Positions 26,401-37,759 of a stretch of DNA of 64,000 bases are shown here, piece by piece; position 1 is the stretch's first letter, and the number at the start of each line of letters is the position of its first letter. The position numbers and the translations under genes were made by a program. The stretch is from Callorhinchus milii (lineage: Eukaryota): positions 18,724,001 to 18,788,000 of the forward strand of contig NW_024704754.1 in the NCBI RefSeq assembly GCF_018977255.1, written 5' to 3'. The notes under the pieces are model-generated. The model was not told the origin of the DNA, made no database searches, and saw only the letters and a program-made list of their open reading frames with translations.

Positions 26401-29400
26401 CTCTGAAGTGAAATCAATCTCCATTCAAACCAGCAGCCAAATCACTTTTTCTTCCTGCTCAGTAAATCCACTCAGCGATTAGCCTCTTCCACAGACTGTA
26501 ACAGAACCCTGCCGTTTACCAGCAAAGGTATTTCTACAATTTATCTCACCCTGATACTCTAATCCAGTAGGTTTCTGATTTAGCCCTCGACAAAACATAT
26601 TCCAGCTGTCAGGCAAGCCCAGGACTAATCGATCCAGCAACAAGCTCCACCAGATTGGTTCTGCTGGTGTCATCGGGATGATAGGGACACAGAACTGACA
26701 CATTCACAAATTGTGCAGACAGTGACAAGAGTGAATTTGTATTGCCTTCTTTAAAGTGTTTATAAGGCAGCAAAATGGGCCTCTGAGTTACTGCATTATA
26801 TCTGGAATAGGAGATAAAGTTATTCAGTGCTCATGCATCAGGTGTGATTAGAAATTTTGGAAAGAAATGGCTATTTCTTATAACATCATAGAATTTTACT
26901 CATCGGTCGGTCCATTCTGCTCACGTTTTTTGCCGTTGATGTGATCCAAGAAGTTGATGGAATCCTTCACCACACAGTCACAGACATTGCAATAGTATCT
27001 GCGGGAGGAAGCGTTTACACAACAGAGTGTAACAAAAGTCAGCGGATGTGTGAACATATTGTATTGTGTTGTGAACATTTTGTTTCTAACAGCACAGTCT
27101 GCTCGTTGGGCACAACTATCATTCAATCTGTTTTCTGTACTTCACTATGATATACATTTGTAGTGGGGTAGGTATCAATCCAGAATGAAGGAGACCTATA
27201 ACTCCCGCGGTGCACATGGTTAACATGTAACACACCTTACTGTCAAGTTCACACAGTAATAATAGGCACGTGGGCAGGATACTTCTGTCCAGCCTTGTCC
27301 CAGGAATGATCTTGTTTCCCCAGTCGGCAAAGGAAATATTTCAGAGGGGATTTTTTAATCACCAGTTGAATATTTGGAAGCAATCGGTAAAGTCATGAGT
27401 CGGGGGGAAATCACATGCTACTCAACACAGTCAACTGCGGGAAGTTGTCCATTCCCTGGGTACATTACTGTCAACAGAAAAATGTGTTTACAGACCAATC
27501 ACAACAGCTATTTGGACCTCCCCTCCAGCCCGACTGCTCATGTGGAACAATGAGGACACGTGCAGGGCACTCACCCTCCCATCTCCGACTGTGGCGTTGT
27601 TTTGGTGATGACGATGGTTTTGCCCAGTTTCGATTCCAAATCAACTTTATAATCTCGGTGACGCAGAAGCTCCCGCTTAACGGGAGTGGGAGGCTTGGCT
27701 GGAACAAGGAGAGAATGTGGAATGAGTGTGAATCCCAGGCGAGGGGAGTACAATAACTTGCATTTATAATAGCGCCCTAGTGTCATGCGGGGTAGAGTCC
27801 CAGAGTGCTTCACAGTGGCCGAGTCTGACAACGAGCTTAAGGGGAGAGGGAGGGGAAGGAAACCGTAAGACAATCAAGTAAAGGAAGGCCTTTAGGTAGG
27901 ATTTGAAGGTGGGGAAAGAGGAGATAAAGCAGAGGGATTGAGGGAAAGTTCCAGAGTTTCGCAGAGTAGTGGCTGAAGACACAGCCACTGATCGTGGAGC
28001 GGAAGGCACGAGGGACAATTAGGAGGCCAAAGCCAGCTGAGTGGAGGAAGCAGGTGGTGTAGAGGGGTCTAAGCAGGTCGGATAGGTGGGGAGGTGTGAG
28101 GGAATTAAGTGATTTCAAAACAAATATTGTGGCTTGGCTATGATGCCTTTTCCCCCCTCCCCCAAAATAATCTACCAACCCTCGCCCCGTTTTTCTCACA
28201 CTCGCATAAGTCATATCAAGAAACAAGTCTAAATTTATACATTTATTTAATGACCTTGATTATTTTAACTGATAAGAAATTGACAGGTTAAATCCTCTCT
28301 TAAGTATTTTGTTTTCTCCTGCGTAATTTTCAAGCAAACAAAGTTCGATTCCCCTTGTTAATTCAAAATTCCTTTTCATATCTCCCCGTCATCCGAGCTG
28401 GATTTCCTTCCCTCAAATCATTAGTGTGTTCCCCCTGTACACACTGTCACCTCTTCTCCCTCTCCCCTTTGTTTCATCATTGAACTGTCTTGTCTGCTTG
28501 TGGCGATGGAGCCAGGCCAGCTCACTATAGTGCATGGCTCCCTGCAGCAGCCCATCGCCAGCTAACAAGCAGAGCACGTTAAAGGTTTCACTGCCTCTAA
28601 GCTAAACGATCCCACAACAGTAATGAAGAAACTAGGGAATAAGCCGCATCCATTGGATTCTGGCTGGCCAAAAAGTTGCATGTTTAAATAAAGAGAAAAG
28701 TCATAAGAGTCACAGAAATACCAACACAGCGGCAATTCATTCAGCCCATCGAACCTCATCTAGTGAAACTCTCTCCTCTAAACCCATTCCCCCATTCTTG
28801 ATAGGTTCCTTCTAGGTTTTTAAGAGTTTTGAAGACAAAGAAGGAGAAAAATGAACAAATTGAAATGTATCCAATATTGAAATAAACCATAACCGAAGAT
28901 TCCGGCATAGCGCCGACACAGCGATGTAAACATGCTCACTGACTACATATTTGTACAGTGGAATCATCGCTTTCCTCTGAAGCACTGACTGTTCTGCATT
29001 TCCACTTACCATCTCGCTTCTCTCTCTCTTCCAACAACCGTTTCTGTGCCAGTTTCTCGTATTCATCCTTGTCCCACTTCTTGCGGAAGTCCATGTTTTT
29101 TGTCTACAGGAACAAGACGACTTTGTTAGGAACAAAACTTGGAAGGAACGCATCCCTAAGCGACAGTGTAATGTGTGGCTCGTGCCCTCAAGTGTTCCTT
29201 GTTCCTCCACACATAATGGGTGGAATGGAATGAAAGGGCTAATAGAGGAAAGGCAGTCAATAATATACACTGCAATAACTGCATAAAACTACACGTACAA
29301 ATAAAAGCATCCCCAACACCTCACTAACTACGGTCAATACGTGGTGGGATTGAAGCGACTGAATGACGTTTGGATTTTTTTAAGTCACCAGAAAGAAAAC

Positions 29401-30579
29401 CACATTGATCAAAAATTTGGAAGCCCCAAAAAGTTCAGACTTAGCAGCAACTTCCCCCAAAACGTTAACAAACTTCATTCTCCCTATTTTCAGTCAAGAC
29501 TCGGGCGACTGTTTATTGACACAAAAATGGGCAGGGCTTTGGGGTAAAGAGCGGGGGAGTGGGACAAGTTGGTAGCTCTACAAAGAGCTGGCACAGGTAC
29601 GACGGGCTGAATGAATGGCCTCCTTCTGAAAGGTTGTGTGATTCTACGGGATATTGTACATAGGGTGTTCGGGATGTAGGTGCATGCGATCGCCAGGAAG
29701 GCGGAAGGCGAACTAGACGGAACTTGGGGTCTTTTTTCCGTCCGGCGTCTCTGATGTTCCCACGACCAAGACAACTTGCTCAGGGCCGGGCAGCGCTTCC
29801 GGGCTCAGGGTGACTTTTCATGTGAATTACATTGTGAGGAACAAATTCAGCGTGAAGATTATTTCACTGATCCACAAACAGAGGATATAGAGATGTATAA
29901 TTATCCACACAAACACAAACTGTTGTTACTTTCCTACCAGAGCAGCAAAAACAAATTGGGTCACTCAATCCGTGACTGTTGGTGGGGCATTGGCTGCCAC
30001 AAATATCAATGTAATAACAATAATCCTCGCACTTGACACAGCGCCTTATCACGTCCTCCGAGACGTCTCAAAGCGCTTCACAGGATACGCTGTAGAAGTG
30101 TAGTGACTGTGCATTCTGTGGGCGAAGCACGGACAGCGTTCCCCCGCAAACGGCCGTGGGTTGAGCGACCAAATCTTCCTCATCGACGCGGAGGGGTTAC
30201 TAACCCGAGCGACGCACAACCGGGTTCCCTCTCTTCCTGCTGCTCAGGGGCAGGTCACAAATACACAGTCACTACACTGGACAGTATGTCCTGCGAAGCG
30301 CTTCGAGACGTCTCGTCGACGTTATATCAAACGCAGAGATTATTATTACTATTATTATTATTATGATTATCCCTTCACTGGGAGCCTGAGGCCCGGGGGC
30401 CACACCAGCGAGAGCGCGAGTCTCCCCCGGATGGTGATGGGGGGGGACAGGCCCAGGCCTCGGCCTCAGGCCCCGAGCGGGCGCAGGCTTCAGGCCTCGG
30501 TCCCCGGGCAGTTGCGGGCTGTCGGGCTGCGCCCCCCCCCCGGGCGGCCTCTCGCACTCACCCCACTGCCAGACGCCAT
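23447..30579 (-). CDS. ZMAT2: Zinc finger matrin-type protein 2 (199 aa, 6 coding exons)
   Basis: Exons 30562-30579, 29010-29103, 27575-27698, 26925-26998, 25142-25287, 23447-23590; all GT-AG, 600 nt in total. Protein [22 protein letters not shown]...[30 protein letters not shown]...[12 protein letters not shown]. Confidence 0.97.
24733..25063 (-). mobile_element. tRNA-derived SINE, near full length
   Basis: Tail at 24733; tRNA-like head (ggatcgaac...ctaaccactaaactacaggactcc) at 25015-25063. Confidence 0.85.
27750..28110 (-). mobile_element. L2 LINE 3' end fragment
   Basis: Minus strand encodes [17 protein letters not shown]-like text followed by the gcgctattataaatgcaagtt tail. Similar fragments at about 23630-23890, 37960-38290, 47305-47560 and 56570-56800. 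Confidence 0.75.
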
Positions 30580-30779
30580 CTCTCCGTCTCTCTCTGTCTC
30601 TCTCTCCCCCTCTCTCTCTCTCCCGCCGCTGCCGCCGCGCTCACTCCGCCCGGGACAAGAGGGCCCTCCCCGCACCTGCTGCCGGCTCAGCAGCGACACG
30701 CCGCCCCCTGGCGGCCGGAGGCGGCACCGCACCCGCTCAGCCCCGCGCCTTCAGCACTCAAATGCCCTGTGGGCTGCGG

Positions 30780-30872
30780 TGTGGGGGGCGGGGCCATGGG
30801 GGGCGGGGCCGTGGGGGCGCCGCTGGGGGGCGGGGCCGGGGGGCGGGGCCGGGGGCGGGGCCGTGGGGGCGG
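30780..30872 (-). promoter_or_regulatory. ZMAT2 CpG-island promoter with tandem GC boxes
   Basis: Multiple GGGGCGGGG repeats about 200-290 bp upstream of the ATG at 30579. Confidence 0.7.
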
Positions 30873-31232
30873 TATAAGCCTCGCGTTTGATATTGCGCTC
30901 TTGAGTCGCATCGTTGAGACGTCTCAAACGCTTTCCCAGAATATACTGCGAAGTGGAGCGACTGCTGTGTCTCACTTACGGGTGGAACAAAGCCCGAGGT
31001 CCCGACCGTCTGCGGTCCGGGGTCCGGGGGTCCGGTCAGGCGGATGGATGGACGTTTGTCAGGTCAGGGGATCAGGGAGATGAGGCAAAGGGTGGGGTGG
31101 GGGGTAATTGGGAGTTGAGGTACAGATCAGCCATGAGCTCACAGCGGAACGGGCTGGAGGGGCTACGTGGCCTCCTCCTGCTCCTATGTTCCCCAAAGAT
31201 CCCGGTGAAAGATGGGGCGCCGGGAGATTTGT

Positions 31233-31545
31233 GGAGTCCTGTGGCTCAGTGGTTAGAGCACTCGCTTTGCAAGTGAGAGACCGGAGTTCAATTCCAGGCA
31301 GAGGGCGAAACCTCGGGCAAGTTTCCTTACCCCACACAGAGCCTAATAATAATCCCTCCAAAACAATAATAAATTGGTCATTTTCAACCTACGACTGTTT
31401 GTGGGACATTGCTGTGCGCAATTGGCTGCCGCGTTCGCCCACAAATATACAGTCAATTCACTTTACAGTGTGTTCTGTGAAGCGCTTTGGGACGTCCTCC
31501 CGACGTGAAAAGCGCTATATCAAATGCAAGGATTATTATTATTAT
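31233..31545 (+). mobile_element. tRNA-derived SINE with intact Pol III A and B boxes
   Basis: Head GGAGTCCTGTGGCTCAGTGGTTAGAGCACTCGCTTTGCAAGTGAGAGACCGGAGTTCAATTCC (anticodon-like TGC); tail ggattattattatt. Confidence 0.88.
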
Positions 31546-31651
31546 TGTCTCCAATAGTAAATTGACTTATTTGAGGAGAAATGTGAGTTGTTGACCACGT
31601 GACATTAATACGTGAATGCGATTTCATACCGTGTTTAAGTTTTACAAGGAC

Positions 31652-31683
<32 letters not shown>

Positions 31684-32925
31684 ACTGTTTTTGTGGTTCG
31701 ATTATCTATTGGTAATTGCCCAGTCATGTTTAAATGGAAAGATACCGTGCACGTCTGTAAGGTGGATACAATAATAGACCCAAACTATCACTTGGTTTTA
31801 ATTTTAATAAACTTTTCGGAAAAAAAAATCAAACATTCTTCCCTCAAACAGCATTGGAAATAAAGCTTCCGATAGAATTTTCCCCCCGCAAAAAGTCTGA
31901 GTACAAAGAATTCAACATCAGCAAAATGGCAACCGTTTTCTTCCAAGTTCTGTGAACACAAATTTTCAAAACAACACAAGTTACGTACAACTATGCAGTG
32001 TGACACCTTAAGTTTTTTTAATTTAAAAAAAACTAGATCTTGGCGTTTCATCAATAAAATGACCGTAAACGAACTCACCATAAACTATAAGCTACTTGCC
32101 ATTCTATCCCTCCTAAATCCAATCAGACATCCTGGGCAATCATCAATGTAGAATCTGAGGTGTAAAGATAAATCATCTGGGTTTCTTAAACACACGGATC
32201 CTTAGGTCATACTGGATTGCTACTGATCCGTCACTGGAACAGTATTTGGGTGAACGACTGAAAAAAAATTTCAGCCGAATTGTTTTTCGGGAAAATGTTG
32301 GGACGCAATGAGAGGGAAATTCTTTAGCCTTGTAGAATTCCAGGCTCTGAAATTGAGGCAACCGTCAATCCACCAAACAGTATCATATTTTTAAACTAAG
32401 ATTTCAAGGTACAAAATGTTTCCAATACGAACTTACTGCGACATCCTCCTGGCATGAAAGGCTCTATACAAATGTAATTTTGTGTTGTATTTTTGTATTA
32501 ATACATCGAATGCTTCTTGCCATTGATGGGGAGGGTTTAGATCATCTAAATCTACAAGTGTTTTAGTTCCCGGTCAAACAAAACAAAGACATTACTGGAA
32601 TAAATTTACAAACAGAATCCCTCACAACATAACAAATTTGTACGATGAATGCAGTCACTGGGACAACCATCAATGGAGGGATGTGGAACAGGCTTGTAAG
32701 TAACAAAAAAGTAATCTTAATTAAAGTAATAAATTAAAGTAATATTGACAGCTCAACTTGACACTCTGCACCTGCAACTGCATATTGTAAAAAGCATAGA
32801 CTGTTTATATTCATCAACACAGATCAGGTCAAAGCAAAATTATGGACCAAGGCACAGTTGCAAATGATATGAGGCAAGTGTGAGTGACAGCAACTCGTTT
32901 GGTTTTCAGAACGGCTTCTCTTCAG

Positions 32926-35228
32926 TCAAATTACTTGAAAGGCATCGATATTCTCAGAGCGACCTATGGAGAGAGAGAAACATCAGGCAATGAAAATACG
33001 TATTCTATGACCAGAGTTTAGAGTAAGCTAGGCGTACATCAAAGCAAGAGACAGCCAACACACCAGTTTTTAATGAATCAGAATGAATGCAGACAAAAGT
33101 GACGCAATTAAACCAACTCGATTAAAAATATTGTCACTCAATCCATGACTGTAATTGGCTGCTGCTTTTCACCCACAAAATATACAGTCAATTCATTTTA
33201 CAGTATGTTCTGTGAAGCACTTTTAGACATCTCTAAGTTGAGACGTGATAAGGCGTCGTATCAAATGCAAGGATTATTATGACTCACCTAGATGCTGCAG
33301 CACCTCTTGTGCAGCCTTTTGTTTGGGCAAGTCTCTGTTGGCAACCAGATCATAGAGCATTACATTCACTGTCCCATTAAAATAGGCGGGAAGTCCTGGA
33401 ATGAGAACTTTAAACAGGTAGCTGTGATCATAACAGCTGGACCTCAGGAGGTGGATGCTGCAAATGGGAGACCCCCAACGTCTTTTTAAACAATATTCAT
33501 TCAAGAGTTGAATGGCATCACCTCCCTTCATGCCTAGTGAGCTCAGGCCATCCCAGAGGCAAGACCTCCCACCAATCGTATTGCTGTTTGGATTGACAGG
33601 ACTGTAATCAGAGGACACCTGGTCAATATTGGGCAAAGAGAATTTAGTGTTGTCCAGCGCTGGTGCCGAGACCACCAGGCTCGATGCCGGCTGTGGCAAT
33701 AATGGTGATGGCAGCTGTGTTTCGGCTCGAACCATCCTGCTGCGTCTTTGCTTATTATCTGACTTCATCCAGTCAACTTCAATCGCATGACCCCACAGTT
33801 CAATACAACCTGGAAAGAAACCAAAATATAGTCAACAACTGAACTGAAACTACTAGCATGAACTGAGAGAGAAATTCACAGCCATGAACCACCCACAGAA
33901 AGACATTACCCAGTTGCCCTTCTCCAATACTAAGATGTTCTAACTCTGATATGGTGTACACAATTGCAAAGCCTCCCAAAGAAAGGTGGCAACAATATAA
34001 TATCTGGGGTATAGGAGACATTTCTCCGCTCTCCTCTCCTTTCTCTCCTCCTCCCCTAAACAGTGCAAATCCCATTACCAAATTATTCTGATAGCTCGCT
34101 ATCCACATCACACAACGCCATTATAAACTGCAGCTGGAATAAAGATAGTGGAAGTGGAAATCTGAAACTCTCTCCCTCCCCCAAAAAGGCTGTGGATGCC
34201 AGATCAATTAAACTTTTCAGGATAGATTTTTGTTAGATATGGGTATCAAGGGATATGGAGCAAAGGCGGGGAAATGGGAGTTGAGGTACAGATCAGCCAT
34301 GATCTTATAGAATAGCGGAACAGGCTTGAGGGGCTGAACAGTCTACTCCTGTTTCCAGGTTCTTAGTGATAAGCAAGGTTTCTTCTTTTCATTGAACAGA
34401 CCCAACACTTACTTTGCACCAGGTTTTTCTTGGCCAAGGCTGCTGACCGGTGATCTTCATACTTGACCACAGCGTACATGGTCCTGCTCGTTTCAGGGCA
34501 GAGGGTGACATCAGCCACTCCACTGGTCAGCTCCCTCAGCACCGATATAACCGCCACCCTCTGCCTTCCGTTAGGGATACCGCCCATGTACAGCTCATTC
34601 TTCTCAGTGCTCCTGCACACTGTGATGGGGCAGCCATTCTCGATCTGATAGCCGTTGAACATGTTGATAGCACATTGGGCATGCCAGCGACTGGCGTACC
34701 TGGCATAGGCAAAGCTACGGTTCTCACCGCTGAAGGTCATCATCAGACGGAACTCGTACAGCTGCCCGGCCGACTGAAACAGTGGAATTAGTTTATCCTC
34801 GTAGAGATCTTGCGGTAATCTGCTGATGAAGACCTCAGAGCCAGATGAAGGGGGTGGACCAGTCCAACCTGTGCAACAAATAATAATATTATTAATAATC
34901 CTTGCATTTGCCCCTTATGTTGTTGAGACATCTCAAAGCGCTTCACAGGATATATTGCAAAGTGGATTGTATTTTGTGTGTATTTTGCACAGCAGCGTCA
35001 CACAGTTGTGGATTGTGTGACTAATTTTTTTTGAGGGATTATTACCCCCAGAAAAGCAATCCGAGAATTGACTAAAACCAGAGAATTGACTGGTTACAGG
35101 CGCCACTCACCTGGAGGGGGTCCACCATACTTTCTTTGGCCGTTGACTTGCACGAGCCTGATGCCAGTTGCCTCCACCCATGCTCTGAATGCCACTTTAT
35201 TCTCAGTGTTGAGTAAAGTGTCCTCCAT
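32926..35228 (-). CDS. DND1: Dead end homolog 1 (two RRMs plus C-terminal dsRBD-like domain), about 377 aa
   Basis: Exons 35111-35228, 34413-34868, 33288-33809 and a probable terminal exon 32926-32963. Motifs [54 protein letters not shown]. Adjacent to HARS as in other vertebrates. Confidence 0.93.
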
Positions 35229-36192
35229 AATCTGTGCATGTAAACAAGCGAGTCAGCAAACCCAAGCACATTCCAATACTCATTATTACTCAAGGGCTAT
35301 AGGGTACTCATTATTACTCAAGGGCTATTATTGTAGAGATTTCAGGAACTATGGCAAGTGCTGATCTACATCAGATCTCAAACCAGAGCCGTCAAGTTTT
35401 GAGGGTTTATTTAACGCTGTTTCGTGCTTTAATACAACATTTTTTTGTGTGGGGGGGGGGGGGGAATTCATGCTCTTATCCAGAAGATCGAATATGATTC
35501 GACTGTGGGGTAACATCCCTTTTAAATTTAATTTTAATTTAAAATGAAGACGATGGATTCAGAGTTCCAAAGGGTTTCCCAACAGTGGAATACAGTTGTC
35601 TATGTCCGTGGACAGAGAGCCTCCCAGCTGTTGGAAGGAACAAAGTTGCTTTCTGCCACCATCATGGTGTCAACCAAATAAATCCCTTTAACGCGCCTCA
35701 GTACAACGCCAAATCAAACGTTACTGAAAGCAAAATCGAATCCACAGCAACTGCGAACATGTGAACCCCCCAAACAAGTTGCATTAAAAGTTACTAAACA
35801 GCGTTACACAAACCCTCAAAAGTCCCTAAAAAAAATAAATGCCACACACACGAAAACCCCACCTGGAGAGTGTCCCGGGGCGGCGCGGGTTAGAGATTAC
35901 TCGCGCATTAAGATTAAAAGGCAACGCGTTCCAGTTATTCGGGGGGAGGGGGGAGGGCAGCAAACAGCACCAACAAACAAGTCAGGGGAGAGGTATCTGC
36001 TCATTGGTATCAGAGCATAGCACGAGATTTTTTTTGGGGGGGGTTGAATCCCAACCTTTTGCAAAGAGTGACCCCACCCACCCACATACCTGCAGGATTG
36101 GGGGCTGAGTCCGGGTTCGGGTTTGAGCTCAGATTGTCTCTCTCTCTCTCTCTCCACGATACCTGTCAGAACTCGCCCCTCTCACCCATCCC

Positions 36193-36342
36193 TTTATACC
36201 CCTCCATACTGCATCCGATCATTGGCTGTCTGAGTCCTAACGCCTGTCCCCAAATTACTCGAGAGGCAGTGGTTCCCTCCCCCCTCCTCACCCCCCCCCC
36301 CCCCCCCCCAAAGATAGACACATGCCCTGGATTGGTGATTGG
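36193..36342 (-). promoter_or_regulatory. Probable DND1 promoter (TATA and CCAAT boxes)
   Basis: Minus-strand TATAAA at 36193-36198 with CCAAT boxes at 36221, 36331 and 36338. Candidate non-coding exon donor CAG|GTATGT near 36089. Confidence 0.55.
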
Positions 36343-37449
36343 AGCCCAGATGATGGGAGAGATTCTGCTTCCAAACAGCACAGAATGTGGAGGATGGAAA
36401 GTTTGGAAATAAAGTTCCACTGAAACTCTTTAACTCAACCCTCTCATTTTCTCTTTTCTGTCTTAGTCCACAAAACACATTGCGCACCAGATAAGAACTT
36501 CCTTTCCTCACTCATTTCCAGGGCATTATATCGATTGCATTTCAAATTAACAAATTTCTACCAGAGTTTCCCCGGACAAAATCCTGGCTGGATTCCTTCT
36601 GCTCGGATGCGAAGGGGACAACTCCTCGAGTTGGGAGGGCAATGGACGCTGCAATTATAAAATTGGCTCCTCTCTCAGCGATGCAGGTCCACTATTCCAG
36701 CCTTGATTCCTAAGACACAGCAGTAAGTACCCGGGAAATATATGAGCAAGCAACATTCCTTGGGGTGGGGGGGGTTAAGAAAAACAACTTCTATCCTTAG
36801 CCTCGTTACTAATCCTCCTCAGACTCCCGTTTTGTTGGGGAGGAGGTAAAGAACTCTTACTTTCACTTGTTCACACTTTCAGATTCTGAGATGAATCCGT
36901 TTGCAGCCCCCACCCCCCCTTTCCAAATTAGCAGACACAGCAACAGCTGAGAAAGCTTCATTGACCCCAATCGACCCCTCCTGTATTAACAAGTCCAACT
37001 GTTAAAACAGAAACTCGCTCTTTCTCACACTCAGAATTAAAACTTTTTTAAGACTTCCCCATTTCTGAATCCTTTATCCATTATGGAAGAAATCTTTGGA
37101 ACTTTAAGTCACATCCCTTCCCCCACCACAAATTGCTCATTTCCCCCCACCCCATTGCACTTTGACCACTTGCACCACTGGAGTCCTTGACCTGACAATG
37201 AGTAGCCACAGGTGTAACTAATAAACTGGACAACTTCTTGATGTGACCATGTTGATTGACCACTTCATCGTCCTGTAGATGTCAAACCAATTTCACTGCG
37301 CTTCTGTGTTGTGAACCAATTTCTCAGCCACCTCAACTTTCTTCTAAGTCAACCTAACTGCTCGCCTAAAACAACAGCGCTCTTTCCATATCGTTTCCTG
37401 CAACCAAGATGTCAAAAATTGACACATCAAACAGTCTTATCATCATACT

Positions 37450-37455
37450 TTTATT
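37450..37455 (-). terminator. HARS polyadenylation signal
   Basis: AATAAA on the minus strand about 300 nt after the stop codon. Confidence 0.55.
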
Positions 37456-37759
37456 CATTCAGTTAACTTGGCAAATACAGTTGCAACAGCCTTTGTAAAA
37501 TCAGGTTATTGATTACACAGAATTAAGATACGTAGTACAATGGTAATTGTGCTCGACGCACCTGAATAAAAAAAAATCCAGAGTACTTTCAGTTCCACAT
37601 TGAGGTGTACTTTCGGAGGTTATTAGTAAGGATTGGTCATAGTTGTAAATAAGTGCTAGGAACAATGGTGGCCTTCAGAGAGCTCATTCTACACTTCTAT
37701 TGGCTGTAGAGAGACTAATAAATTACGAAGCTGCGTGATGGAAAGGCAGATGTTGTACA

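Noticed and set aside
31233-31305. Possible tRNA-Ala gene
   Set aside because: No proper acceptor stem or terminator; it continues directly into the SINE body.
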